The notes under the pieces are model-generated. The model was not told the origin of the DNA. It saw nothing but the letters and a program-made list of their open reading frames with translations, and made no database searches. Below, piece by piece: positions 1 through 9,419 of a stretch of 34,080 nt of DNA. The position numbers and the translations under genes were made by a program. Within the stretch, counting starts at the first letter, position 1. Each line of letters starts with the position of its first letter. Source of the DNA: Nitrospinota bacterium (GTDB lineage: Bacteria; UBA8248); contig JAZAHK010000015.1 of NCBI GenBank assembly GCA_036231405.1, positions 1 to 34,080 of the forward strand. Reading direction: 5' to 3'.

Positions 1-37
1 AATAAAATCAGACATATACTTTAGGTATCCTATGTAA

Positions 38-775
38 TTATTTGTTTTTACTTAATTTAGAAATAATTAATCTTAAGTGTTTCTTATCAAGAGCTCCTGG
101 ATAAATATTGTTACCAATTACATAAGTGGGTGTTGAGCGAACCCCAATATGAATCGCAAGTTTTCTAATTTTAAGAATAGACTCTTCTATCTTTTTCGAA
201 AACATATCTTTTTTCAACAATGAAAGATTTAATCCAGATTCTTTTGCAAGTGAATATATTTTGTCGAGATTTTTAAAATTCACTTTCATTAATTTTGAAT
301 GAAAAATTTCGTATTTTCCCTGTATATGCGAAGCAAGAGCAGCTTTCGAAGCAAGCATAGAGAGTTTCCCTAAGATAGGTAACTCCTTATGTACTATTTT
401 TACCTCTTTATTTTCTTTAAGAACGTTTTTTATTACAGAAAAAGAAGATCTACAATACGCGCACCGATAATCAAAATATTCTACAATTACTATCTTTCCA
501 TTAGGGTTGCCACTTATCGGATTGCTCGAATCGAGAAAAATATCCTTTCTATTATTCTTAATCTTCTGACTTATAATTCGATCTTTTTCCTTTTGTCTAT
601 TTTTCTTTAGAGATATAAGCGCTTGTTCTACAATTTCTGGATTTTGCATTAAATATTTTTTAATAATTTCATGTAAATCTTTTTTTGAGATAGAATTAGA
701 AAGTTTCTCCGCAAAAGCCGAACTGGAGATAAATAACATTAATAAAAGTAATGTCAATTTCAGTAATTTTTTCAT
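38..775 (-). CDS. DsbA-family (Com1/ScsC-like) periplasmic thiol:disulfide oxidoreductase
   Basis: Signal peptide (MKKLLK...SSAFA), YLMQNPEIVEQA N-terminal helix, VEYFDYRCAYCR CxxC motif, ELPILG and GVRSTPTY cis-Pro motif. Confidence 0.9.
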   Translation of the reverse strand: MKKLLKLTLLLLMLFISSSAFAEKLSNSISKKDLHEIIKKYLMQNPEIVEQALISLKKNRQKEKDRIISQKIKNNRKDIFLDSSNPISGNPNGKIVIVEYFDYRCAYCRSSFSVIKNVLKENKEVKIVHKELPILGKLSMLASKAALASHIQGKYEIFHSKLMKVNFKNLDKIYSLAKESGLNLSLLKKDMFSKKIEESILKIRKLAIHIGVRSTPTYVIGNNIYPGALDKKHLRLIISKLSKNK

Positions 776-833
776 TAAAAACTATCTCCTGTGGCAAGAA
801 TCTTGAACATTTTTCCAAAAAAACGGAGCTTTC

Positions 834-1898
834 ATGAATCAAAATTACGATGTCGACGAATTAATAAATTTTATCAGACAAACTCTTATATCACAGTTTA
901 TCCCAGAAGATGATGCAGACACCATATCAAAAAGAATGATAGATGCAGACTTAAGGGGAATGCACGGACACGGTATCTTTCGTCTCCCACCGTACATGAG
1001 GAGAATTCATGAAGGCGGATATAATATCAATCCGAAAGTAAAAGTACTGCATGAAACTCCTGTAAGTGCTCTTATAGACGGCGACAATGGATTCGGACAA
1101 CTGGTGATGACGCACGGTGCAGATTTAGCCATCAAAAAAGCGAAAGAATCAGGAATTGCCTGGATAGGAATTCAAAATAGCAATCACGCAGGAGCAGCTG
1201 GAGTATATGTTGCCATGACACTACCACACGATCTCATTGGTATATATATGGCCGTAGCAAACGCAAACCACATGCCACCATGGGGCGGGACCGATATGCT
1301 ACTCAGCACAAATCCAATAGCGTTCTCTGTACCAGCAGGAGAAGAAGATCCTATTGTATTAGACATAGCTACCACCGAAACCTCTTACGGAAAAGTAAAA
1401 GTCTATGCAGATATGGAAAAAGAAATGCCAGTAGGATGGATGCTTAACAAAGATGGGAGCCCACTAACAGATCCTAAAAAAGCTAGCGAAGGCTTCTTGC
1501 TCCCTATAGGCGGACACAAAGGATACGGTCTTAACCTAATTGTAGGAATTATGGCTGGAGTGATGAATAAAGCTAATTTTGGGAGTAATGTAGTTGACTT
1601 TAACGCCGACTTTCAGTCACCTACAAATACCGGACAAGCTTTCTTTGCAATCAAACCAGACCTTTTTCAACCTTTAAAAGATTTTAAAAAAGAAACGGAC
1701 GCGCGTATTCGTGAAATAAAAAATTCTACCCCTATGGACCCGTCAAAGCCTATACAAATACCTGGGCATATGGCCATAAAAAGAGAAAAAAACATGAGAC
1801 AGAATGGAGTTCCAGTTTCTGAAAAAACAATACAATTTCTTTTGGAGTTAGAAAAAAAATACAATACAAAACTAGAGTTCAATCTAAAAGGTATATAG
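834..1898 (+). CDS. Ldh_2-family (type 2 malate/L-lactate/ureidoglycolate-like) NAD(P)-dependent oxidoreductase
   Basis: ADLRGMHGHGIFRL, DGDNGFGQ, NSNHAGAAG, STNPIAF, LDIATT, PIGGHKGYGL motifs; GGAG SD upstream. Confidence 0.9.
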   Translation: MNQNYDVDELINFIRQTLISQFIPEDDADTISKRMIDADLRGMHGHGIFRLPPYMRRIHEGGYNINPKVKVLHETPVSALIDGDNGFGQLVMTHGADLAIKKAKESGIAWIGIQNSNHAGAAGVYVAMTLPHDLIGIYMAVANANHMPPWGGTDMLLSTNPIAFSVPAGEEDPIVLDIATTETSYGKVKVYADMEKEMPVGWMLNKDGSPLTDPKKASEGFLLPIGGHKGYGLNLIVGIMAGVMNKANFGSNVVDFNADFQSPTNTGQAFFAIKPDLFQPLKDFKKETDARIREIKNSTPMDPSKPIQIPGHMAIKREKNMRQNGVPVSEKTIQFLLELEKKYNTKLEFNLKGI

Positions 1899-3371
1899 AT
1901 GCAAATTACTACTAGAGATATCAGTACTCTCTATAAGCCAGAATACTGCAGTTTACGTATTTACCTTGATTCTATAGGAACACCGAAATCCGAACCTGAC
2001 TCCTTAGAAAAACTCATTGCGAAATATGGGAAACAACACGAAAGAAATCATCTTCACTCACTAGGTGACGTCATGGATCTTAGAGAAGGAAGTTTGGAAG
2101 AGCGCTATCAAGAGACGTGCTTTGCGGTTGAGGACAAAGAAAAGATTATTTACCAACCCGTTCTTCACTTTAAAACCGTCTTAGAGGAAACTGAAATAGA
2201 AATTTATGGAGAAGCAGATTTCTTTATTTTAGAAGGAAATGAATATATTATCCGTGACTGTAAAATGATAAAGAACCTAAAAGAAGACAATCGTAATATA
2301 GAATTGCAAATTACTCTGTTCGCATGGCTTTTTGAACAAAATTTCAAAACAAAACCATTTGATATTCAAATATTTACAAAATCCAATCAAATTGAATCAA
2401 TACCATATGATGGTGGGGAAAAATCACTCGAAGCATTAAAAGAAATTGTACGTATGCGTAAATATAAAAATGCTCCTTATAGTCCAGTTGGAGTAAGTAA
2501 ATGCGGCAATTGTAAATTTAATCACCATTGCTGGACCAAAGCGCAAGAAAAACATGACATATCCCTCGTGATTGGCATCGATCAATCCCTTGCCATTGCA
2601 TTACGAAAAAAAGGAATAAAAACTTACGACGAAATGAACGATTTTTTTACGGTAGAAAAGTTTATCGGATTCAAAAAAGTTGCCAAAAAAGGTATTCAAC
2701 GTGTTGGAAAAAAATCAGCAGAATCAATATTACGTAATGCTAAAGCTTTGAGCGAAAATACGGAAATATTAATTCAACCTCCTGAAATTCCCGTTCATGA
2801 AAATTACGTGATGTTTGACCTTGAAGGAATTCCCTCGAATCTAGCAAATGAAGAAATGATTTACCTTTGGGGAGTACAAGTGTATGGAAAAAACAAAGGG
2901 AAATTTCTTCCAACTGTAGCGAGTTTTGAAGAAGATGGAGATAAGAGAGCTTGGGAAGATTTTTTAAAAAATTCAAACAAAATATTCCAAGAACATGGAG
3001 ATATCCCTTTTGTTCACTATTCACATTATGAAAAAACAAAACTCAATAAATACATTGACAGATATGGGGACACGAAAGGTATTGCTGAAAGAATTAAGAA
3101 CAATCTTCTCGATCTTTATCCAATAGCGGTAAATTCTATCGCCATACCTAGAGAAGCTTACAAATTAAAAGTTATAGAACAACATATAGGATTTAAAAGA
3201 ACCCTAGAAGAATATGGCGGAGATTGGGCAATCGCAAAATATTTCGAAGCCAAAGAAAACAATGATGAAGCAAGACAAAAACAACTCATCAGAGAAATTA
3301 TTCAATACAATCAGGAAGACTTAGACTCTACATGGGAAGTCTTAAAATGGCTTCTTGAAAAAAAATTATAA
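1899..3371 (+). CDS. TM0106-family RecB-like nuclease (PD-(D/E)xK domain plus C-terminal RNase H-like/DEDD domain)
   Basis: GEADFF...IRDCK nuclease motif, CGNCKFNHHC Cys cluster, FDLEG...YLWG...HYSHYE...DLY...YKLKVIE...YNQEDL RNase H-like motifs. Confidence 0.8.
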   Translation: MQITTRDISTLYKPEYCSLRIYLDSIGTPKSEPDSLEKLIAKYGKQHERNHLHSLGDVMDLREGSLEERYQETCFAVEDKEKIIYQPVLHFKTVLEETEIEIYGEADFFILEGNEYIIRDCKMIKNLKEDNRNIELQITLFAWLFEQNFKTKPFDIQIFTKSNQIESIPYDGGEKSLEALKEIVRMRKYKNAPYSPVGVSKCGNCKFNHHCWTKAQEKHDISLVIGIDQSLAIALRKKGIKTYDEMNDFFTVEKFIGFKKVAKKGIQRVGKKSAESILRNAKALSENTEILIQPPEIPVHENYVMFDLEGIPSNLANEEMIYLWGVQVYGKNKGKFLPTVASFEEDGDKRAWEDFLKNSNKIFQEHGDIPFVHYSHYEKTKLNKYIDRYGDTKGIAERIKNNLLDLYPIAVNSIAIPREAYKLKVIEQHIGFKRTLEEYGGDWAIAKYFEAKENNDEARQKQLIREIIQYNQEDLDSTWEVLKWLLEKKL

Positions 3372-3392
3372 CCTGAACTTTAAGGATCGAAA

Positions 3393-4457
3393 ATGGAATT
3401 CGGGATTTTCTCCAATGGGTTTCGACCCCACACTACTGCCGCACAAACATATGAAGAAGACATTCAAGAGATAGTACTAGCAGATAAACTTGGGTTCAAA
3501 GACGCCTATATCAGTGAACATCATGGTGAACTTCCCTATATTGGCAAAGTGGACACGATCCCAGCCCCAGAATTGATGATGTGTAAAGCTGCAGCCTTGA
3601 CTAAGAATATCCGCATGGGTGCCGCTGTCAAACTGATTCATTTACATCATCCTTTGGACATCGCGATCCAGTCCGCAGTGATTGACCACCTGCTAGGTGG
3701 AAACCGTTTCATCTTTGGATACGGTACGGGGTTCCCAACACCGCTTTTTTCCGAGGAACGCGGAATGTCTTATGAAAACCGCCATGCCCGTCTCAGGGAG
3801 TCCCTTGACTTCATCTTGAAATGCTGGAACGAGGACGAACCCTTTGATTGGATTGGAAAACATTGGAAAGGGAAAAATGTCATAGCCCTACCAAAACCGC
3901 TGACAAAACCGCAAATCCCTATGGCGACGGCTTCTCAAACTGAAGATATGATCAAGCTTTCAGCTGAGCGTGGCTATACGCAAATTTCTGCATTTCTAGA
4001 ACCCACAGAAAGCGTACGTAAGAAAGGCGAGAAATATACTGACTACGCACTATCCGCAGGCAAAAAATCGCCAAAGAGGAACATCTCCGTATCACGCATT
4101 ATCTATTTAGCAGATTCAGAACAGGAAGCAGTCGATGACCTTCGAGCATCAGTAGCTTATGAAACCAGTGTACAAAATCAGCGTGGTTTCCTCAAAATGC
4201 TGAAAAACCTATACAACCTCGAAGTTCCCAACAATGAAAACGCTATTGACTCTTATGTAAAGTCGGGCTTTTACATCTTGGGAGACAGCAACACAGTTAC
4301 AGAAAAGCTGAAAAAATTCTACGACGAATCAGGCGGTTTTGGAACACTCTTGATCGTCACTGGAAAAGATTGGGCAACCCGTGAAAAGCGCGCAAATTCA
4401 ATGCGATTATTTATGGAACAGGTCGCTCCAAAACTCCGCCATCTAGATCCAAAATAA
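3393..4457 (+). CDS. LLM-class (luciferase-like) flavin-dependent oxidoreductase/monooxygenase
   Basis: MEFGIF start, ADKLGFKDAYISEHH, IRMGAAVKL, RFIFGYGTG, GGFGTLL...DWA...SMRLFMEQVAPKL C-terminus. Confidence 0.9.
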   Translation: MEFGIFSNGFRPHTTAAQTYEEDIQEIVLADKLGFKDAYISEHHGELPYIGKVDTIPAPELMMCKAAALTKNIRMGAAVKLIHLHHPLDIAIQSAVIDHLLGGNRFIFGYGTGFPTPLFSEERGMSYENRHARLRESLDFILKCWNEDEPFDWIGKHWKGKNVIALPKPLTKPQIPMATASQTEDMIKLSAERGYTQISAFLEPTESVRKKGEKYTDYALSAGKKSPKRNISVSRIIYLADSEQEAVDDLRASVAYETSVQNQRGFLKMLKNLYNLEVPNNENAIDSYVKSGFYILGDSNTVTEKLKKFYDESGGFGTLLIVTGKDWATREKRANSMRLFMEQVAPKLRHLDPK

Positions 4458-4760
4458 AATGTGTCGTTTGCTCAATTTACATTGTAATAGCATTCTTCTC
4501 GTATTCAACCGCTTTATTAACAATCACAAAACTTTATCTGACAATTTGCTTTAATAGTGTGTGGTGTAAAGAACTTATATTCAGACAAAACGACACTTCA
4601 AGATTCAGCTTCGACGTACTAGTTAGTGACAAAAACTAAGGTATAGCTGTCATTTTCACTTAGATTATAATTATAATATTATACTAAAGACATTTTGCAA
4701 ATTTTTGATCGTAAGGTCTTAAACTTTAAATAACAAATAACAGGAAGAAAGATAATTTCT

Positions 4761-6113
4761 ATGTCTAAAAATATCACTTTTGATTTGGCTAGTTTTGCTT
4801 CAAACCTAACCTACAAAAAAATTCCCAAAGAAGTAACTGACTTCACCAAACTACTAATCATGGACGCTTTAGCTTGCGCTCTTGCTGGCGAGAATAGTGA
4901 AGAAACAACAAAGCTTCGTACCCTAGCTACCTCTATAGCACTTTCAAAAGAAAGTAGTGTGATAGGAGGAAGAAAACTATCATTAGCCGGATCCGTCTTA
5001 TTGAATTCCTACCTCATTACGGCAGTTACCATGTGCGACACTCACCGTGAAACTCTCACACACATAATGCCGGAGATTTTACCAGCAGCACTTGCTATCG
5101 CTGAACTTGACCACAAAAACGGAAGTGAACTCATCACAGCAGTAGCAATTGGATGTGAGGTCGCCTGTCGTATAGGAATTGGCTTGGATTATCCCGCTTT
5201 TCGAGCTCGTGGTTGGCATGGGCCTGGCGTAACTGGCCCTTTTGGTGCTGCTGCGGCAGTCGCTAATCTTCGTAAATTCAATGCTGAAAAAATGACACTT
5301 GCTTTTGGATTAGCTGGTAGCCAAGCAGCCGGGACTTTTGCAGCCTGGGGGACTCCAACCGTTAAATTCCATCAATGTCGTGGAAGTTTATCTGGTGTCA
5401 TGGCCGCCTTGTTGGCTGAAGATAATTTTGCAGCTAGCAAGGAGATATTAACAGCTAAAGATGGCGGGCTTTTCAATACATACTCCAATGGAGGTAAACC
5501 TAAAAGAGTAGTCAAAGGATTGGGTGTCCGTTGGGAATTTCAGCAAATTGCACTTCGAATGTGGCCCGCGGCTACTGGATTACAGGGGTTGGTGACAGCG
5601 TTGACAAATTTAGTAAAAGAAAACGAATTTTCATTTGATAAGATAAAGACCGTTAAAGTAAAGCTAAGTGAAACTCAGTACAAAATGCATGGTGTGTTTG
5701 CAAATTACGAAGCCAAATTTCAAGCCTTGTTATCTGCTCACTATACGAGTGCTGTAGTTCTTCGCGACAGAGAACTTACTTTGGCACAGTTCGAACCAAA
5801 ATGTTATAACAATTCTGTTTTACGAAATTTTGCAGCTAAAAAAGTTATTGTAGGATATGACCCTGTATTAACCGGCCAACAATGTGCCATTACATTAGAA
5901 ATAAAAGATGGAAGCATCCTTTCCTGCCAAACTGACCATCCGCTGGGTGCACCAGAAAATCCTGTTTCGTTTCCTGAAGTGGAAGAAAAGTTTAGAATTT
6001 ACGCAAATGAGAAACTTCCAAAAAGACGTATTAATAGAATCATAGCCACCATCAATGAACTGGAAAATTTAGATGATACTTGCCGCCTAATGGATATGCT
6101 TCGGATAGCTTAA
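4761..6113 (+). CDS. MmgE/PrpD family protein
   Basis: DALACALAG, CDTH...H, RGWHGPGVTG, LAGSQAAG, KFHQ, GAPENPVS...VEEKF motifs; about 450 aa. Confidence 0.88.
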   Translation: MSKNITFDLASFASNLTYKKIPKEVTDFTKLLIMDALACALAGENSEETTKLRTLATSIALSKESSVIGGRKLSLAGSVLLNSYLITAVTMCDTHRETLTHIMPEILPAALAIAELDHKNGSELITAVAIGCEVACRIGIGLDYPAFRARGWHGPGVTGPFGAAAAVANLRKFNAEKMTLAFGLAGSQAAGTFAAWGTPTVKFHQCRGSLSGVMAALLAEDNFAASKEILTAKDGGLFNTYSNGGKPKRVVKGLGVRWEFQQIALRMWPAATGLQGLVTALTNLVKENEFSFDKIKTVKVKLSETQYKMHGVFANYEAKFQALLSAHYTSAVVLRDRELTLAQFEPKCYNNSVLRNFAAKKVIVGYDPVLTGQQCAITLEIKDGSILSCQTDHPLGAPENPVSFPEVEEKFRIYANEKLPKRRINRIIATINELENLDDTCRLMDMLRIA

Positions 6114-6163
6114 TTATGAAATTTCTAGGATGATTTAATGAAGAATTGTATACATCACTTCAC

Positions 6164-7447
6164 TTAATTTTTCCGTGCATCTACCCATTTGCCAAGACGT
6201 AGGAGTTGTTCATCGTCTCCTTTCCGCCCAATCAACTGAATCCCTATTGGCATTCCGCTAACCCCTGTCGTCCATGGAAGTGTGAGACAGGGCACCTGCA
6301 GTAGCGTCCATACAATTTGAAATATTGAATTTCCAGTTGTCCATCCTTCAGGGGCTTCTCCGGGGGCACTCATGGTAAGTAGTGCGTCATATTCTGATGT
6401 CACTGATGCAAAATCTACGATACACCTATCAGCATGGGACGTTGCATTTGCAAGATCCTGAGAAGAAGTTGAAGCGCCATTGTCAAGCATAGCCCGCAAT
6501 TGATCGCTTATTCTATTTCCGTGATTTTGATGAATGTCCTTCATACTTAAGGCTAGACCAGCGTCATGAATCGTTTTGTGTGTTTGTGCGAGATCTCTGA
6601 AATGTTCGGGAAGAGAATATTCGGTTACTTGGACACCTAGTTCATCTAAACGATCTGCTGCACTTTCTACTGCATGGATAGAATCTGTCTCTGCTGCGGT
6701 ATAATCAAATGTCCGGCAGACACCGATGCGTAAAGGCTCTTCGATATCATCCGAAATCCGTGAATAAAATTCCTTATCACGAACGACATTATAGAAAATT
6801 GCCAAATCATCTACTGACCGAGCCATAAATCCGAGTGTGTCTAAACGTGCCACTAACTCGAAAATTCCATCAAAATTTGCACTGCCATGTGTTGGCTTAA
6901 AAGCGTGTACCCCACAAAATGAAGCCGGTTTAATCAAGGATCCGGCAGTTTGAGTACCGAATGCTAGCGGGATCATCTTATCGGCCACTGCTGCTGCTGA
7001 ACCACTTGATGATCCACCTGGTGTCCTTGCAGGATCGTATGGATTTCGTGTCTTTCCCCATTGGTAAGTAGCAAATTCAGTGGTGACAGTCTTTCCCATT
7101 AGGACTGACCCCGATCTGCGCATAACATCGACGCAGGCAGCGTCCCTATATGGCTGGTTATCCTTGAAGATTTCAGAACCATATTCTGTTGGCAAGTCAT
7201 CCGTTTCAATAATGTCCTTTACACCAAAAGGAACACCATGAAATGGACCTATGGGATCTAACTCATCAGCCCGTCGCGCTTCTGAAAGAGCGTACTCCGT
7301 ATCAATATATTGCCATGCAGCTACGTCGTCTTCACGCCTTGCAATCTGTTCCAGGCAGTCCTGCACTAGTTCGACGGAAGAAATCTCCCCTGCTGCAATC
7401 TTTGCCGCCGCTTCTAGCCCAGTAAGTTTGTGAAGTTCTCCGGTGAT
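6164..7447 (-). CDS. Amidase (amidase-signature family); start extended to ATC at 7447
   Basis: GVPFGVKD, GKTVTTEFA, TPGGSSSGSAAAVA, GTQTAGS catalytic motifs; reading frame is open 27 codons upstream of the ORF-track GTG (7366), encodes a typical amidase N-terminus, and has GGAGG 8 nt before ATC. Confidence 0.88.
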   Translation of the reverse strand: MTGELHKLTGLEAAAKIAAGEISSVELVQDCLEQIARREDDVAAWQYIDTEYALSEARRADELDPIGPFHGVPFGVKDIIETDDLPTEYGSEIFKDNQPYRDAACVDVMRRSGSVLMGKTVTTEFATYQWGKTRNPYDPARTPGGSSSGSAAAVADKMIPLAFGTQTAGSLIKPASFCGVHAFKPTHGSANFDGIFELVARLDTLGFMARSVDDLAIFYNVVRDKEFYSRISDDIEEPLRIGVCRTFDYTAAETDSIHAVESAADRLDELGVQVTEYSLPEHFRDLAQTHKTIHDAGLALSMKDIHQNHGNRISDQLRAMLDNGASTSSQDLANATSHADRCIVDFASVTSEYDALLTMSAPGEAPEGWTTGNSIFQIVWTLLQVPCLTLPWTTGVSGMPIGIQLIGRKGDDEQLLRLGKWVDARKN

Positions 7448-7573
7448 GTCGTAGACCTCCTATACGTTCCATCAATTTTAAATTTTACAATTAATATTTA
7501 AATTTCTACCCTTCCACATACGTGAAAAACATTCTTCCAAGAAGGGCATAGGTCGAAGAAACTACTGCTACGC

Positions 7574-9379
7574 CTATTTATTCTTTTTTCCTGCACTTTT
7601 TGGAGGAATTATCGGTAACATCAAATAGGCTTGACGTACCGGACCAGTGTACAGGGTCACATTGCCGTCAAAAACCTTTTTTGGACGGTCGCGCGAATCA
7701 TCATGAAGAAACGGTCCGCACCCTGTCAGTGGTTTAGCAAAATTCGACAGAGTGAACTCCTCATCCTGCATCTTGGCACCAGGCCAGATATAATCCTTGC
7801 CTCGCACCGTCAGTGCAAGTCGGTAACCAGCCGGCACGACAATACCTGTTGGATGCAGGTCAATATCGAGTTCATACACTTTACCCGGGTTCAGAGGTTG
7901 TTTCTTGTCATGTGTGTGCCACGGCCAGTAGGGTTTCGACTGCTTTTTATCGAGATTTCGATGCGAAGCACGCAACCAACCTTGAGCAATCGGCGTATGA
8001 GGATCCACTGTGCCTTTAAAGGTAACCTCTGTAAGATCCGGTGAAAAAAGCCGCAGTATCAGAAACATGTCGGCATCTTTTGTATCCGAGGAAATGAATA
8101 TTTTTGATGCTATCGGACCGCATAATTCGGTGTCTTTTGCCATAGGTGGCATGATAAAAGTGACCCCGTCACTGCCCATTCCTTTATAGGATATTGACGT
8201 ATTCTTTGATGTTCTCTTACCTTCGAGAGTCATATGCGCCAGATCTAAATAGAATTTAGTCCACTTTGTCCGCTTCAGTGGCCATTCGTTCTCGCCACGA
8301 GGCGTGACATGTTCTCCCGGTCGGCGCACGTTCAACATGACCTTTGGCTTTTTGTCCCAGCCGTTCTTCTTGCCCTTTAGAAAGTAAGCAAAGAACTGCT
8401 TTTGCAGGTCACGTCCATATCGGGTATAGAAATGTGTCCAATGTTCAAGGTTATGGCATTCTAGCCACTTCTGTTTCGAGCCAGCCTTTAGGTAACCGAC
8501 ATAATTGCCGCGTGGATGCAACGGCTGGCCAGCCCAACTAGTGGCGGACAATAAAGGTACTTCAATTTTTGAAAAATCCGCATTACGTGCGGCATAAAAT
8601 TCGTCGTTGAGCGGGTGTGAAGTTAAGTCATAGTCAATATTCGCACGATTCTTCTCCAGTTGGTTTTCCGACAAAGTTTTCGGTCCAGCAACGAGTTCCC
8701 CAGTAACACGGCTCTTATGTCCTCGTTTACCAACTCCATGCTGTACGGTCTTGACTTGCAAATCATACCAGTTAGCAACAAACGAGGTGTGGATGCCACC
8801 ATGGTATGAAAACTCGCGGTAGAAATCGCTAAAACCTTCCCACACGCACATGGCGGCAAGGTACTTTGGACGTGTCGCTGCCACCTGCCATTGATTAACC
8901 GCGTAGTAGGAAATTCCAGCGAGACCGACTTTGCCGCTTGACCAAGGCTGTTGACCGCCCCATTCAATACAATCATGAAAATCTTTTGTCTCACGCGGTG
9001 AAAAATGATCTATATATCCAGGCGAGCGGCCGGCCCCACGTGAATCTACGCGCACGCAAACATATCCGTCGGGTACCCATTGTTCAGGATCTACTACTTC
9101 CCAACTTTGATGAATGTTAGACGATCCGGCAATGGCGTCTGGATGTTCTGAGGAAAAATGATCCCAAACGGTTGGATAACCGTCTTGTATTGCGAGATCT
9201 TTGGCATAAGGTCCATAGGATAGGATTACAGGATATTTGCCCTTGTCATTGGGCCGGTAAACGTTAGCACGCAGTACCAATCCATCATCCATCTCGATCG
9301 GCACATCCCAATCAACTCGAAAACCGTCTCTCACTTCAGTCTTAGCTAGTTTATCTTCACCTATTCTAGATCTTCCCAT
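7574..9379 (-). CDS. CocE/NonD family hydrolase (peptidase S15-like alpha/beta hydrolase)
   Basis: MDDGLVLRANVYRP, YGPYAK, GYVCVRVDSRGAGRSPG, QPWSSGKVGLAGISYYA nucleophile elbow, GWLRASHR; GAGGAG SD favours the ATG at 9379 over 9394. Confidence 0.9.
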   Translation of the reverse strand: MGRSRIGEDKLAKTEVRDGFRVDWDVPIEMDDGLVLRANVYRPNDKGKYPVILSYGPYAKDLAIQDGYPTVWDHFSSEHPDAIAGSSNIHQSWEVVDPEQWVPDGYVCVRVDSRGAGRSPGYIDHFSPRETKDFHDCIEWGGQQPWSSGKVGLAGISYYAVNQWQVAATRPKYLAAMCVWEGFSDFYREFSYHGGIHTSFVANWYDLQVKTVQHGVGKRGHKSRVTGELVAGPKTLSENQLEKNRANIDYDLTSHPLNDEFYAARNADFSKIEVPLLSATSWAGQPLHPRGNYVGYLKAGSKQKWLECHNLEHWTHFYTRYGRDLQKQFFAYFLKGKKNGWDKKPKVMLNVRRPGEHVTPRGENEWPLKRTKWTKFYLDLAHMTLEGKRTSKNTSISYKGMGSDGVTFIMPPMAKDTELCGPIASKIFISSDTKDADMFLILRLFSPDLTEVTFKGTVDPHTPIAQGWLRASHRNLDKKQSKPYWPWHTHDKKQPLNPGKVYELDIDLHPTGIVVPAGYRLALTVRGKDYIWPGAKMQDEEFTLSNFAKPLTGCGPFLHDDSRDRPKKVFDGNVTLYTGPVRQAYLMLPIIPPKSAGKKNK

Positions 9380-9419
9380 GTATTCACTCCTCATACTTTT
9401 GTTTTATATAGTAGGTATA

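Noticed and set aside
1899-3371. Cas4 / CRISPR system
   Set aside because: No other cas genes and no repeat-spacer array seen in the window; domain layout fits TM0106
4665-4683. Repeated TATAAT (-10-like) hexamers upstream of the MmgE/PrpD gene
   Set aside because: Plausible promoter, but AT-rich background and no convincing -35 element prevent a specific call
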